DNA of 64,000 bases from an uncultured Bacteroidales bacterium (lineage in GTDB: Bacteria; Bacteroidota; Bacteroidia; Bacteroidales; VadinHA17), in contig CAVRYU010000005.1 of NCBI GenBank assembly GCA_963725585.1, positions 132,671-196,670 on the forward strand, given 5' to 3'. Positions 29,821 to 38,624 of this stretch are shown piece after piece. The translations under genes were made by a program, and so were the position numbers. The first letter of the stretch is position 1, and the number at the start of each line of letters is the position of its first letter. Below the pieces are notes generated by a model, which did no database searches, was not told the origin of the DNA, and worked only from the letters and a program-made list of their open reading frames with translations.

Positions 29821-30364
29821 TTTCTTTCTTATTTTGATTTTCATTCCTTATAGCTTTCAGCTGACTTACAATATATGACATGACTTCAACTTTAGTCTGG
29901 TAATGTTCTATCATGGCATTTATTATTCTTTCATCATTCGGATTGGCTTTAAGTTCTTTCTGGAGCTGAACGTATACAGAGTCCATGCTGCGCATTTCTG
30001 TAACCAGCATCTTCTTTTGCTCAACATTATTTTTCAGATCAATATTTACAAGTTCACTTTCCATAAGATTGACCTGGTGGACATAATAATTCTCAACCTC
30101 CTTGTACTGAGGAGATACATCTCCAAGAGTCATCCTGTTCCTGTCGGATCTGATGAAATGATCCCATGTCCAGAGCGATGACAGGGTTACAAGTAATGTA
30201 ACAACTGCTGCCTTAAGGAGGTATGGAACAATGCTTCTTTTCAGTGTTTTTTGTCCGCATCTTTTCTCCAGCTTCCAGCTGAATCTTTCAAAGTGTCCTT
30301 CTGACGGCTCTGCCCCGTCGAAGTACTCCTTATTATTCCTGATTATGTCTTCTATATTTTTCAT
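29801..30364 (-). CDS. Putative anti-sigma factor (single-pass membrane protein)
   Basis: 187 aa, immediately downstream of the ECF sigma gene. One TM segment (VPYLLKAAVVTLLVTLSSLWTW). Overlaps the next gene, suggesting an operon. Assigned by context only. Confidence 0.4.
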   Translation of the reverse strand: MKNIEDIIRNNKEYFDGAEPSEGHFERFSWKLEKRCGQKTLKRSIVPYLLKAAVVTLLVTLSSLWTWDHFIRSDRNRMTLGDVSPQYKEVENYYVHQVNLMESELVNIDLKNNVEQKKMLVTEMRSMDSVYVQLQKELKANPNDERIINAMIEHYQTKVEVMSYIVSQLKAIRNENQNKKENEKSSL

Positions 30365-30379
30365 TTCTGATCAATTTTT

Positions 30380-30943
30380 TTATTTTTTCTTAAGTTCGGC
30401 AATAAGTTTCTGCTTGGCTCTTGAAAGCTGCGATCGCGAAGTACTGCTTGAGATAGAAAGTATTTCTGCAATCTCATCATGGTCATAACCTTCCAGAAGA
30501 TATAGTGAAAGTATTATCCTGTAACCATCTGGAAGCTTGTTTATGGCATCCTTGACTTCTTCCACTCTGATATCAACTTCTTCCTTCCGCAAAAGGTCCT
30601 CATTGCCATCATCCCTGATGCCTACATGAAAATCAATATCTTCAAAGATCGCTTTTCTTCTGCTCAGGGCATCAAGCGACCGGTTAATGACTATTTTTTT
30701 TAGCCACGCTCCGAAACTTACTGTTCCTGAGTAAGTTTCAATTTTTTCAAAGGCCGACAGGAACGATTCCTGCATGACATCTTCGGCTTCCATCGCGTCG
30801 TTTACAATTCTCAGACTTGTGTTGTACATGGCTTTGTAGTACAATTTATAAATCTGAAACTGCGCTTTCTGGTCACCTGTCTTACACCCGTCCAGAAGAT
30901 CCTGGTGTATGTTTCTGAATGCCGCTTCTACATTATTTGCCAT
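30380..30943 (-). CDS. RNA polymerase ECF-type sigma-70 factor
   Basis: Region 2 (YKAMYNTSLRIVNDAMEAEDVMQESF) and region 4 (LPDGYRIILSLYLLEGYDHDEIAEILSISSSTSRSQLSRAK). Start set to the ATG at 30943. Confidence 0.85.
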   Translation of the reverse strand: MANNVEAAFRNIHQDLLDGCKTGDQKAQFQIYKLYYKAMYNTSLRIVNDAMEAEDVMQESFLSAFEKIETYSGTVSFGAWLKKIVINRSLDALSRRKAIFEDIDFHVGIRDDGNEDLLRKEEVDIRVEEVKDAINKLPDGYRIILSLYLLEGYDHDEIAEILSISSSTSRSQLSRAKQKLIAELKKK

Positions 30944-31042
30944 CTTTGGATAAAGTCTGGTTGATATCTGAGTTGCTGCACCCACTGTCTTTTATGTTTT
31001 ACAAACAAAAGACGGGGTCATAAATTTATTGCTGCACTCAAT

Positions 31043-31939
31043 TTAAGATTTTTTTAAGATTTTTGAGAGAAAAATAAGAATTAATCCCTGGGTGACCTCT
31101 CCTGTTGAGTAATCAAGTTCTGAACCAAAGATGCTGTGGGGAATAGAGAAGATTATTAACAATACTGCTGCAGCAACGATAGTGTAGAATGGCCTCTCTT
31201 TCTTTATGTTCATTATCACAGCAAGTGTCCAGAAAAGAAATGCAATCAGGGTTTTGTTGTCGGTAAGGTCCCATCCGAAAGGAACTCCGGTCCACAAATC
31301 TCCGAAAGCATATTTCTGTACAAGCGGTCCGAGAATCAATCCTCCTGCTATAAATGTAACCAGGGTCCAAACTGAGTACTTCCTGTACAAAGGATATTTT
31401 ACTATTGCCATTAGTCCGGCAAGAGTTGAAAATAGCATAGCCAGGAACATAAGCAATATATGAGGTGTAAGAATATAAGCTGGTACAGCGCCTTTGAACC
31501 GGATCACCACAGGTGTCTCCTTTAAGATCGTGGTTGTACCTTTTGTATCAGTAAGCTCAATATAGTATTGCAGCTTCCCGGCTGGCGGCTGTTGAGGTAT
31601 TTCGGCAAAAAAACCGCTTTCTTCTGTTATCTTGAATACCTTGTTCATCACGAATGAATTAACAGGATATACCTTGTATCTGAATTCACTCGCAGTATAC
31701 TCGTCGTTTGTTTTGAACTTCTTGTACCAGAGAATTGCTTTTACAGTATTATCCTTGATCTTAAGCCTGACTTCAGGGCGTTCATCAAGTCCAAGGCTGC
31801 GGACAAGCTTGATTTCATAAGGCATGTCATTTACATTAACATTTACCGTTTTCGGATATGTAGGTCCGGTTTTTCTCTGGTAATATGCTGCGCCAATTGT
31901 GATTACAATGGCAAGAACCCACAGAATGGATTTTTTCAT
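31043..31939 (-). CDS. Hypothetical membrane protein (N-terminal TM, ~140-aa extracytoplasmic domain, 4-5 C-terminal TMs)
   Basis: 298-aa ORF. Topology is inferred from the hydrophobic stretches only. No family recognised. Confidence 0.5.
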   Translation of the reverse strand: MKKSILWVLAIVITIGAAYYQRKTGPTYPKTVNVNVNDMPYEIKLVRSLGLDERPEVRLKIKDNTVKAILWYKKFKTNDEYTASEFRYKVYPVNSFVMNKVFKITEESGFFAEIPQQPPAGKLQYYIELTDTKGTTTILKETPVVIRFKGAVPAYILTPHILLMFLAMLFSTLAGLMAIVKYPLYRKYSVWTLVTFIAGGLILGPLVQKYAFGDLWTGVPFGWDLTDNKTLIAFLFWTLAVIMNIKKERPFYTIVAAAVLLIIFSIPHSIFGSELDYSTGEVTQGLILIFLSKILKKS

Positions 31940-31972
31940 TGATAGTCGATTTTTGTCTTAGACGTATAATTT

Positions 31973-33752
31973 TTATAATTGTATCAGCAATACTTCCTTT
32001 TTCCCATTCCTTAAGACCTCTATACTGATGGTTTCCCCATGCTTGAGCTGTCCCATCCGGAACATATAATCCTGGATATTATTGACTGTCTTTCCGTTAA
32101 TCGAAGTAATAATATCGCCTTTTTTCATTCCTCCAAGAGCTGCCGGTTTACCGGGAGTCACCAGATCGGCACGCAAACCGTTTTTGATATTACCTGCAAA
32201 ATCGGGCATAATACCAAGAGTAACACCCCTTCTCCTCATTGCCCTGTTTATTTCAACTTTCGGACCAGCCTCTTTGAATTTCAACCGGGCCGTATCATTT
32301 GCAAGCTTTTCTGCTATGTCAAAAACCAGGTCCGATACCTTTACCATGCCGGGATAATTAATTTTATCCCATGTGTCGGTAGGAGTGTGGTAATCGAGGT
32401 GTGCCCCCGTTGTAAAGAACAGGACAGGGATATTCTTGCCGTAAAATGATGAATGGTCCGATGGTCCCGATCCCTCTTCAGTGATCGTGAGATTTAAAAG
32501 GTTAGTATCGCTGAGTGATGTTATAAGCTCTTTTAGTCCTTCTGCTGTACCTGCACCTCCAATCTGCAAAGCACTTGAATCACGAAGCCTGCCAACCATG
32601 TCGAGATTTATCATGGCATTTACCTTTGAAAGATCTATTAGCGGGTTTTCTGTGAAATATTTTGAACCGAGCAATCCCAATTCTTCACCTGAGAAAGCCG
32701 CAAAAATGATGCTTCTTTTATGACTGCCTTTTGTAAGTGCGAACTTCTCGGCAAGTTCAATCATTTCTCCAACTCCTGAGGCATTGTCGTCCGCGCCATG
32801 GTGAACCGCTACAGTATCTCCGGCCCTGCTCGACGAACCTCCCATTCCAAGATGGTCGAAGTGCCCGCCTATAATAAGATACTCATTCTTAAGCAGTTCA
32901 TCCTCACCCGGGAGTAACATTATTACATTCCTTGTAACTGACTGTTTAACAATGATCTCGGATCCTGCATTGACAATTGTTCCGGTTGGAAAAACCGCAG
33001 GCTTTTTTGTACTGTTTATCCTGTTTTCAAGATCAGCAATTGTGGTCCTGGTTTTTGCAAGGATAAGGTCGGCAATATTCCTTTTAATCCTTAAAACAGG
33101 TATTTCAACTGAGAATGCTTCGGAGGACAAGGGTTCAAAGCTATCTTCCTTATCGTTTATTGGTCCGGAAACCATCAGCACACCTGAAGCTCCCATGTCT
33201 TTTGCTAAAAGTGCTTTATCCCTGTCGCTGTTGAAAGGAATGAATCCGCTTACAGATTTATTGGGTTCAGGGTCGCCCCGAAGTATAAGGACCCATTTGC
33301 CTTTTACATCATTCTTTTCATAATCGTTCCATTGAATACTGTCGTTGTTTATATCGAATCCATATCCTGCAAAAACTACTTCGGCTTCAAGCTCAGAGGT
33401 ACCGCTGAAAGAAAACGGCATAATACCGGTTGTTAAATTGAAGTTCTGACCATCAAACGGAAAGAAAATTCTTTTCACCGGCAATCACCTTGTCAGCTAC
33501 CTTATATCTCTGAAAACCGTCACCGGAAAGGGGTTTAAGCCCGGCCTGGGACAGCTGGAACTTAATATAATAAGCCGCCAGGCTGTCTCCCTGAGTTCCC
33601 GTCTGCCTTCCTTTAAGTGAGTCGGATGAAAGGAACTTAATATGATCCTGAAGCTCTCCGGTTTCTATCTTCCTGGTAACCGAAGTGTTACAGGAATATG
33701 CAGCGATCAGATACAAAAAGGCAACAGGAATGATTCTTTTAAGAATAATCAT
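31973..33752 (-). pseudogene. M28 family peptidase with PA and C-terminal PDZ domains; N-terminus out of frame
   Basis: ORF 33453-33752 (signal/lipobox AAYSC, LSSDSLKGRQTGTQG) is collinear with ORF 31973-33484 (GGHFDHLG, GADDNASG, FSGEELGLLGS, PDZ GMKKGDIITSING). Break lies at 33453-33490. Confidence 0.75.
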
Positions 33753-33790
33753 TATTGGAATTATATATATAACATATCAGTAACAACCTT

Positions 33791-35003
33791 TTATTCAAAA
33801 AGTTTAAAAGCCTTTTTAATGAGTCCCACAGCTTCCATCAGCTGTGTCTCTGTGATGACAAGAGGCGGTGCAAATCGTATTATATGTTCATGCGTCGGTT
33901 TGGCTATCAGTCCGGTCTCCTTCATTGCAAGGCAGACATCCCATGCTGTCTTTCCGTTTTTGGGTCTTATAACAACGGCATTCAGCAATCCTTTCCCCCT
34001 TACAAGCTCGATCATATCTGATTCGTATGCTCTTCATTTCATCCCTGAAAATCTTCCCCAGACGGTCAGAATTTTCAGCAAGCTTCTCATTCTTTATTAC
34101 TTCCAGTGCAGCAATTGCAACCTTCGCGGCCAACGGATTCCCTCCAAAAGTAGACCCGTGTTCCCCTGGCTTTATGGTAAGCATTATGTCATCATCTGCC
34201 AGAACAGCTGAAATTGGCATAACTCCTCCTGAAAGCGCTTTGCCAAGAATAAGAATATCCGGTCGGACACCCTCATGGTCGCAGGCGAGAAGCTTACCGG
34301 TTCGGGCAATCCCGGTCTGAACTTCATCAGCAATAAAAAGGACATTATGTTTTTTGCAGAGGTCATTTGATTTTTTCAGATAGCCTTCATCAGGAACAAA
34401 AACACCTGCTTCGCCCTGAATGGGCTCTACTAGAAATCCGGCAACGTCAGGATCTTTCAATGCATTCTCAAGCGCATTAAGATCGTTGTAAGGTATTATT
34501 ATAAAACCCGGCGTGAAAGGACCATAATCATTTCTGGCATCCGGATCGGTCGACATCGAAATTATTGTAATAGTTCTCCCGTGAAAATTACCCTCACAGC
34601 AGATTATTTTTGCATTGTTTTCCTTAATTCCTTTCTTTTTGTAACCCCATTTGCGGCATAGCTTGAGCGCAGTTTCGTCACCTTCAGCACCTGAATTCAT
34701 AGGAAGTACCTTATCGTAGCCGAAATACTTCGTGACATATTCTTCATATTCTCCCAGAACAGAATTATAGAATGCCCTTGAGGTCAGGGTAAGCTTCTGA
34801 GCCTGATCGGTCAATGCTTTTACGATTTTCGGATGGCAATGACCCTGGTTAACAGCCGAGTAGGCCGATAGGAAATCAAAATACCTCTTCCCTTCGACAT
34901 CCCATACGAACGGACCCTCACCTCTTTCAAGCACAACTGGCAGGGGATGATAATTATGTGCCCCGTACCTGTCTTCACGATTGATATAGTCCTGTGCATT
35001 CAT
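33791..35003 (-). pseudogene. rocD: Ornithine aminotransferase; C-terminus out of frame
   Basis: N-terminus [51 protein letters not shown] region [20 protein letters not shown]. The conserved C-terminus [30 protein letters not shown] is carried by the 74-aa ORF 33791-34015 in another frame. Break lies at 34015-34035. Confidence 0.85.
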
Positions 35004-35123
35004 GTTATTGATATTTAATTAGTTATGAATTATAAAAATCAAGATACAATTTTACGAAAGCTTTTCGTCATTTCAAAATATCAAAATGGGAAATGCGATC
35101 TTATAGGAGCCTGTTGACGTAAT

Positions 35124-35309
35124 GTAGAGACGCCCAATAAAAGTAATGTAGAGACGTCTCTACCTAATTGTTATTTGGGCGTTTCTACTGGCAAATTATA
35201 TTGGTAGAGACGCCCAAATTGGGCGTCTCTACTGCAAATTAGATTGGTAGAGGCGTCTCATACTGGGCAAATCTATATTAGTGAGACTGCCCAAATTGGG
35301 CGTCTCTAC
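35124..35309. repeat. Cluster of 5-6 full, truncated and nested copies of the GTAGAGACGCCCAAATTGGGCGTCTCTAC palindrome
   Basis: Left arm at 35124-35137. Core-deleted palindrome GTAGAGACGTCTCTAC at 35148-35163. Degenerate right arm at 35175-35188. Perfect copy at 35204-35232. Degenerate copies at about 35248-35270 and at 35281-35309. Confidence 0.85.
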
Positions 35310-35339
35310 TGGTCATATTCAATGTGAGGTCTCCCCGGA

Positions 35340-36017
35340 TTATTCCTTCAACAATTCTGGCCTTATCCTTCGCGTTCTTTCTTCCGATTGTTCATGCCTC
35401 CATTTTTCAATTTCGGCAGCATGCCCTGAAAGCAGTACATCAGGAACTTTCCATCCCATGAATTCGGCAGGTCTGGTATAGACCGGTGGAGCAAGAAGAT
35501 CATCCTGAAAAGAGTCGGAAAGGGCTGATTGTTCATCCGACATGGCACCAGGAATAAGCCTGACTATAGCATCAGTGATCACTGCGGCCGGGATTTCACC
35601 GCCTGATAGAACATAATCGCCGATCGATATCTCCCTTGTAATTAAATTATCCCTTACCCTCTGATCAATGCCTTTATAGTGCCCGGCAAGTATTAAAATA
35701 TTGTTACAAAGTGATAGTGTATTTGCTGTTTTCTGAGTAAGTTTTTCACCGTCAGGCGAGGTATAAATAATCTCGTCGTATTTTCTTTCACTCTTAAGCA
35801 GTTCAATGGCCTTGTACACGGGTTCTATCATCATTATCATACCAGCACCTCCTCCATATGCGTAATCATCAACACTTTTGTATTTGTCGCCGGCGAAATC
35901 GTGAAGGTTGAAAATATTTATTTCAACAAGCCCTTTGTCTCTTGCTCTTTTTACAATTGAAAAGTTCAGAGGACTATGAAGCAATTCCGGTAAAACTGTT
36001 AGAATATCAATCCTCAT
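35340..36017 (-). CDS. trmD: tRNA (guanine37-N1)-methyltransferase
   Basis: [13 protein letters not shown].., [30 protein letters not shown]. Start set to the ATG at 36017. Confidence 0.9.
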   Translation of the reverse strand: MRIDILTVLPELLHSPLNFSIVKRARDKGLVEINIFNLHDFAGDKYKSVDDYAYGGGAGMIMMIEPVYKAIELLKSERKYDEIIYTSPDGEKLTQKTANTLSLCNNILILAGHYKGIDQRVRDNLITREISIGDYVLSGGEIPAAVITDAIVRLIPGAMSDEQSALSDSFQDDLLAPPVYTRPAEFMGWKVPDVLLSGHAAEIEKWRHEQSEERTRRIRPELLKE

Positions 36018-36032
36018 TATTGGTCGTTTGCC

Positions 36033-36040
36033 CAAAATTA
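36033..36040 (-). promoter_or_regulatory. Candidate -7 box (TAATTTTG on the minus strand) for trmD
   Basis: Forward CAAAATTA, 15 nt upstream of the trmD ATG. Confidence 0.3.
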
Positions 36041-36082
36041 CAATAAAAACCCAAGCAAGACTAATATGAGTATCTTACTTTC

Positions 36083-38512
36083 CTATTCAATCCTAAGGGC
36101 ATAAGCGGGATTGTAACTGGCTGCTTTAATTGTCTGATAGCTGATTGATAGCCAGCCTATAAGCATTGTAATAAGGGTCGCCAGGATATATATAAGCGGA
36201 TTTATGGATACCCTGTATGCAAATCCCTCCAGCCAGTATCTCGATCCGAAGTATGCAAGCGGATAAGCTAAAAGCGAAGATATGACAATCAGGTAGACAA
36301 CCTCTTTTGACAGAAGTCCGAGTACTATCCGGTCAGAAGCTCCATAGCTCTTTCTTATTCCTATCTCCTTTGTTCTTTTATTAGTAATATATGTGACGAG
36401 ACCAATTAGCCCTATACATGCAATAAAGATTGCGAGGAATGAGAAAATCAGGAATATCTTTCCTGTTTTCATTTCAGCAGAATACAGACTATTCCATCTG
36501 TCAGTGAAAAAGTCGTACTGGAACGGCATATCTGAAGTGAATTTATTCCATACCTGTTCAATTGCTCTTATAGTACCTGTTACATCTTTTCCGGTTAACC
36601 TGACTGCTGCAAACATATCACCACCACCACCACTGCTTACTGTAAAGCAAACAGGAGTTACTGCTTCATGTACCGATTCAATGTTAAAATCCCTCATTAT
36701 ACCGATAATCTTGAGCCTTTGCCACTGCTGGGGTCCTGTGGGCTGAAGAATATATTGATCAACCACCGGATCCTTTAAACCCAGCGATTTTACTGCTGCT
36801 TCATTAATTAGCACAGAAGATGAATCGGTACCGAATTCCCTTGAAAAAAACCGTCCTTCGGTAAGTTGTACTCCAAGTGCTTCCGGAAAATCCAGACTAA
36901 CTGACGTTTGATTGATCAGGTATGAATTTTTTTCAGGGTCATCATCTTTAAAAAAGGCGTTATAATTAAAATCGGTTCCCGGTACAGCCCTTGAAAATCC
37001 GGCTTTCTCAACACCTGGAATTTCGAGTATCTGAGTTCTGAAAGATTCCAACTGCCACCAGAAAGCATCGACTCTCCGGATAACAAGAAGGTCGTTTTTT
37101 TCAAACCCAAGATCCTTTTTTGTCATGAAATTCAGTTGAGAGTAAACAATAATCGATCCGATAATTATTACAATGGAGACAGTAAACTGAAATACTACAA
37201 GAAGTCCCCTCAGCCTTTTTGACATTGATCCGGGACTCATGGTCCCTTTCAGTACTTCTGAAGGATTATATGATGCCAGGACAAAAGCTGGATAAAAACC
37301 CGAAGAAACCCCGATTATTAATACAAGTCCAATCAGGGAAATAATGCCCTGAGGGTTGTTGATCAGGTGAAGGGAAAGATCCTTCCCGGTTAGGTGGTTG
37401 AAAGAAGGCATAAGGGCATAAACAACTATTAGAGCCAGCATGGCCGCAATTGTTACAATAATAAGGGATTCACCAAGGAACTGGAATATGAGTCCTGATT
37501 TATTTGCTCCGGATACTTTCCTGACGCCAACCTCTTTTGCCCTAGAGGCTGATTTTGCCGTGGCCAGGTTCACATAATTGATTATGGCAACAACAAGTAT
37601 GAGTATTGCTATGACAGTAAAAATATAAACTGTGGCAGGCGAACCCGGAGGTTCGAGATTGTATTGGGGAGCTCCCTTCAGATGAATATCCTTTAAAGGC
37701 TCGAGAATATAGCCGAAATCATTGCCTGCTTTCCTGAAATCTTCAACTGTCTGGCCTATAACCTCTTTTAACTGAGGTCCAACGTATTTAATAACCATTT
37801 CCTCAAATTTCTTCTCGAGGTTGTCTTTGTCCGTACCATCCCTGACAACAATATAAGTGTAGAAATTATGACTGATCCAAAACTGGTTGTTGGCAATCCC
37901 TGGAAATGTGCTCAATGATGCCAGAATATCGAATTTTATATGGGAATTATCAGGTATATTCCTTACTACTCCGGTAACTGTATACAAAATAGTATCTGCT
38001 TCGACAATTAACTTTTGACCTATCGGATCCTGGTCCCCGAAATACTTTTGTGCAAATTCTTCAGTCAGAACCATAGATTTGGGGCGGACCAATGCTGTTT
38101 GAGGATCTCCCTTTATTAACTGAAAATCAAATACATTGAAAAAAGTGGAATCTGCAAATAATACCCCTTCCTCATTGAACTTCCTGTCTCCGAACCTGAT
38201 GAGCCAATCACCCATTTTTCTGACTCTGGTGGCCTGCAAAACTTCAGGATAATCTTTAAGTATCGCTTGTGCCATTGGCGCTGCAGAAATAGCCTGGTTT
38301 ATCTCTCCACCAGCCATTCTACCTATTACTTTGACCCTGTATACATTTTCATAGTTCTTATGGAACCTGTCATAACTGAGCTCATTTATCACGTATAATG
38401 AGATAAAAATGAAACTGACCAGCCCGACTGCAAGGCCACCTACATTCAATAATACGTACCCTGGCTGCTTTCTGAATTTGCGGAGTCCATCAATAAAAAA
38501 GTTCTTTAACAT
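36083..38512 (-). CDS. ABC transporter permease, MacB/FtsX type with duplicated periplasmic + FtsX modules (paralogue 1)
   Basis: 809 aa. N-terminal TM followed by ELSYDRFHKNYENVYRV. Two FtsX four-helix regions. C-terminus NPAYALRIE. Confidence 0.85.
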   Translation of the reverse strand: MLKNFFIDGLRKFRKQPGYVLLNVGGLAVGLVSFIFISLYVINELSYDRFHKNYENVYRVKVIGRMAGGEINQAISAAPMAQAILKDYPEVLQATRVRKMGDWLIRFGDRKFNEEGVLFADSTFFNVFDFQLIKGDPQTALVRPKSMVLTEEFAQKYFGDQDPIGQKLIVEADTILYTVTGVVRNIPDNSHIKFDILASLSTFPGIANNQFWISHNFYTYIVVRDGTDKDNLEKKFEEMVIKYVGPQLKEVIGQTVEDFRKAGNDFGYILEPLKDIHLKGAPQYNLEPPGSPATVYIFTVIAILILVVAIINYVNLATAKSASRAKEVGVRKVSGANKSGLIFQFLGESLIIVTIAAMLALIVVYALMPSFNHLTGKDLSLHLINNPQGIISLIGLVLIIGVSSGFYPAFVLASYNPSEVLKGTMSPGSMSKRLRGLLVVFQFTVSIVIIIGSIIVYSQLNFMTKKDLGFEKNDLLVIRRVDAFWWQLESFRTQILEIPGVEKAGFSRAVPGTDFNYNAFFKDDDPEKNSYLINQTSVSLDFPEALGVQLTEGRFFSREFGTDSSSVLINEAAVKSLGLKDPVVDQYILQPTGPQQWQRLKIIGIMRDFNIESVHEAVTPVCFTVSSGGGGDMFAAVRLTGKDVTGTIRAIEQVWNKFTSDMPFQYDFFTDRWNSLYSAEMKTGKIFLIFSFLAIFIACIGLIGLVTYITNKRTKEIGIRKSYGASDRIVLGLLSKEVVYLIVISSLLAYPLAYFGSRYWLEGFAYRVSINPLIYILATLITMLIGWLSISYQTIKAASYNPAYALRIE

Positions 38513-38624
38513 AAAAGTAGTTTTAAGTAAAAAGAAAATCTTCTTAGGAATAGACTAAAAAAATCCATTTATGCTGCACAAATAAGCTGCAGTAATTACA
38601 AACTGACAGGAAAGCTGATCAGAA

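Noticed and set aside
3134-35003. Programmed ribosomal frameshifting or transcriptional slippage as the cause of the frame breaks
   Set aside because: The breaks fall in eight unrelated genes. There is no shared slippery heptamer or downstream structure, and most sites are not at homopolymers. No family involved is known to use recoding.
35124-35309. Possible CRISPR array, since similar ~29-bp units are repeated at short intervals
   Set aside because: The units are perfect palindromes, partly truncated and nested. The spacers are 10-25 nt and irregular. No cas genes are present. The same unit occurs singly at 23894 and 46058. This is REP-like behaviour, not a CRISPR array.
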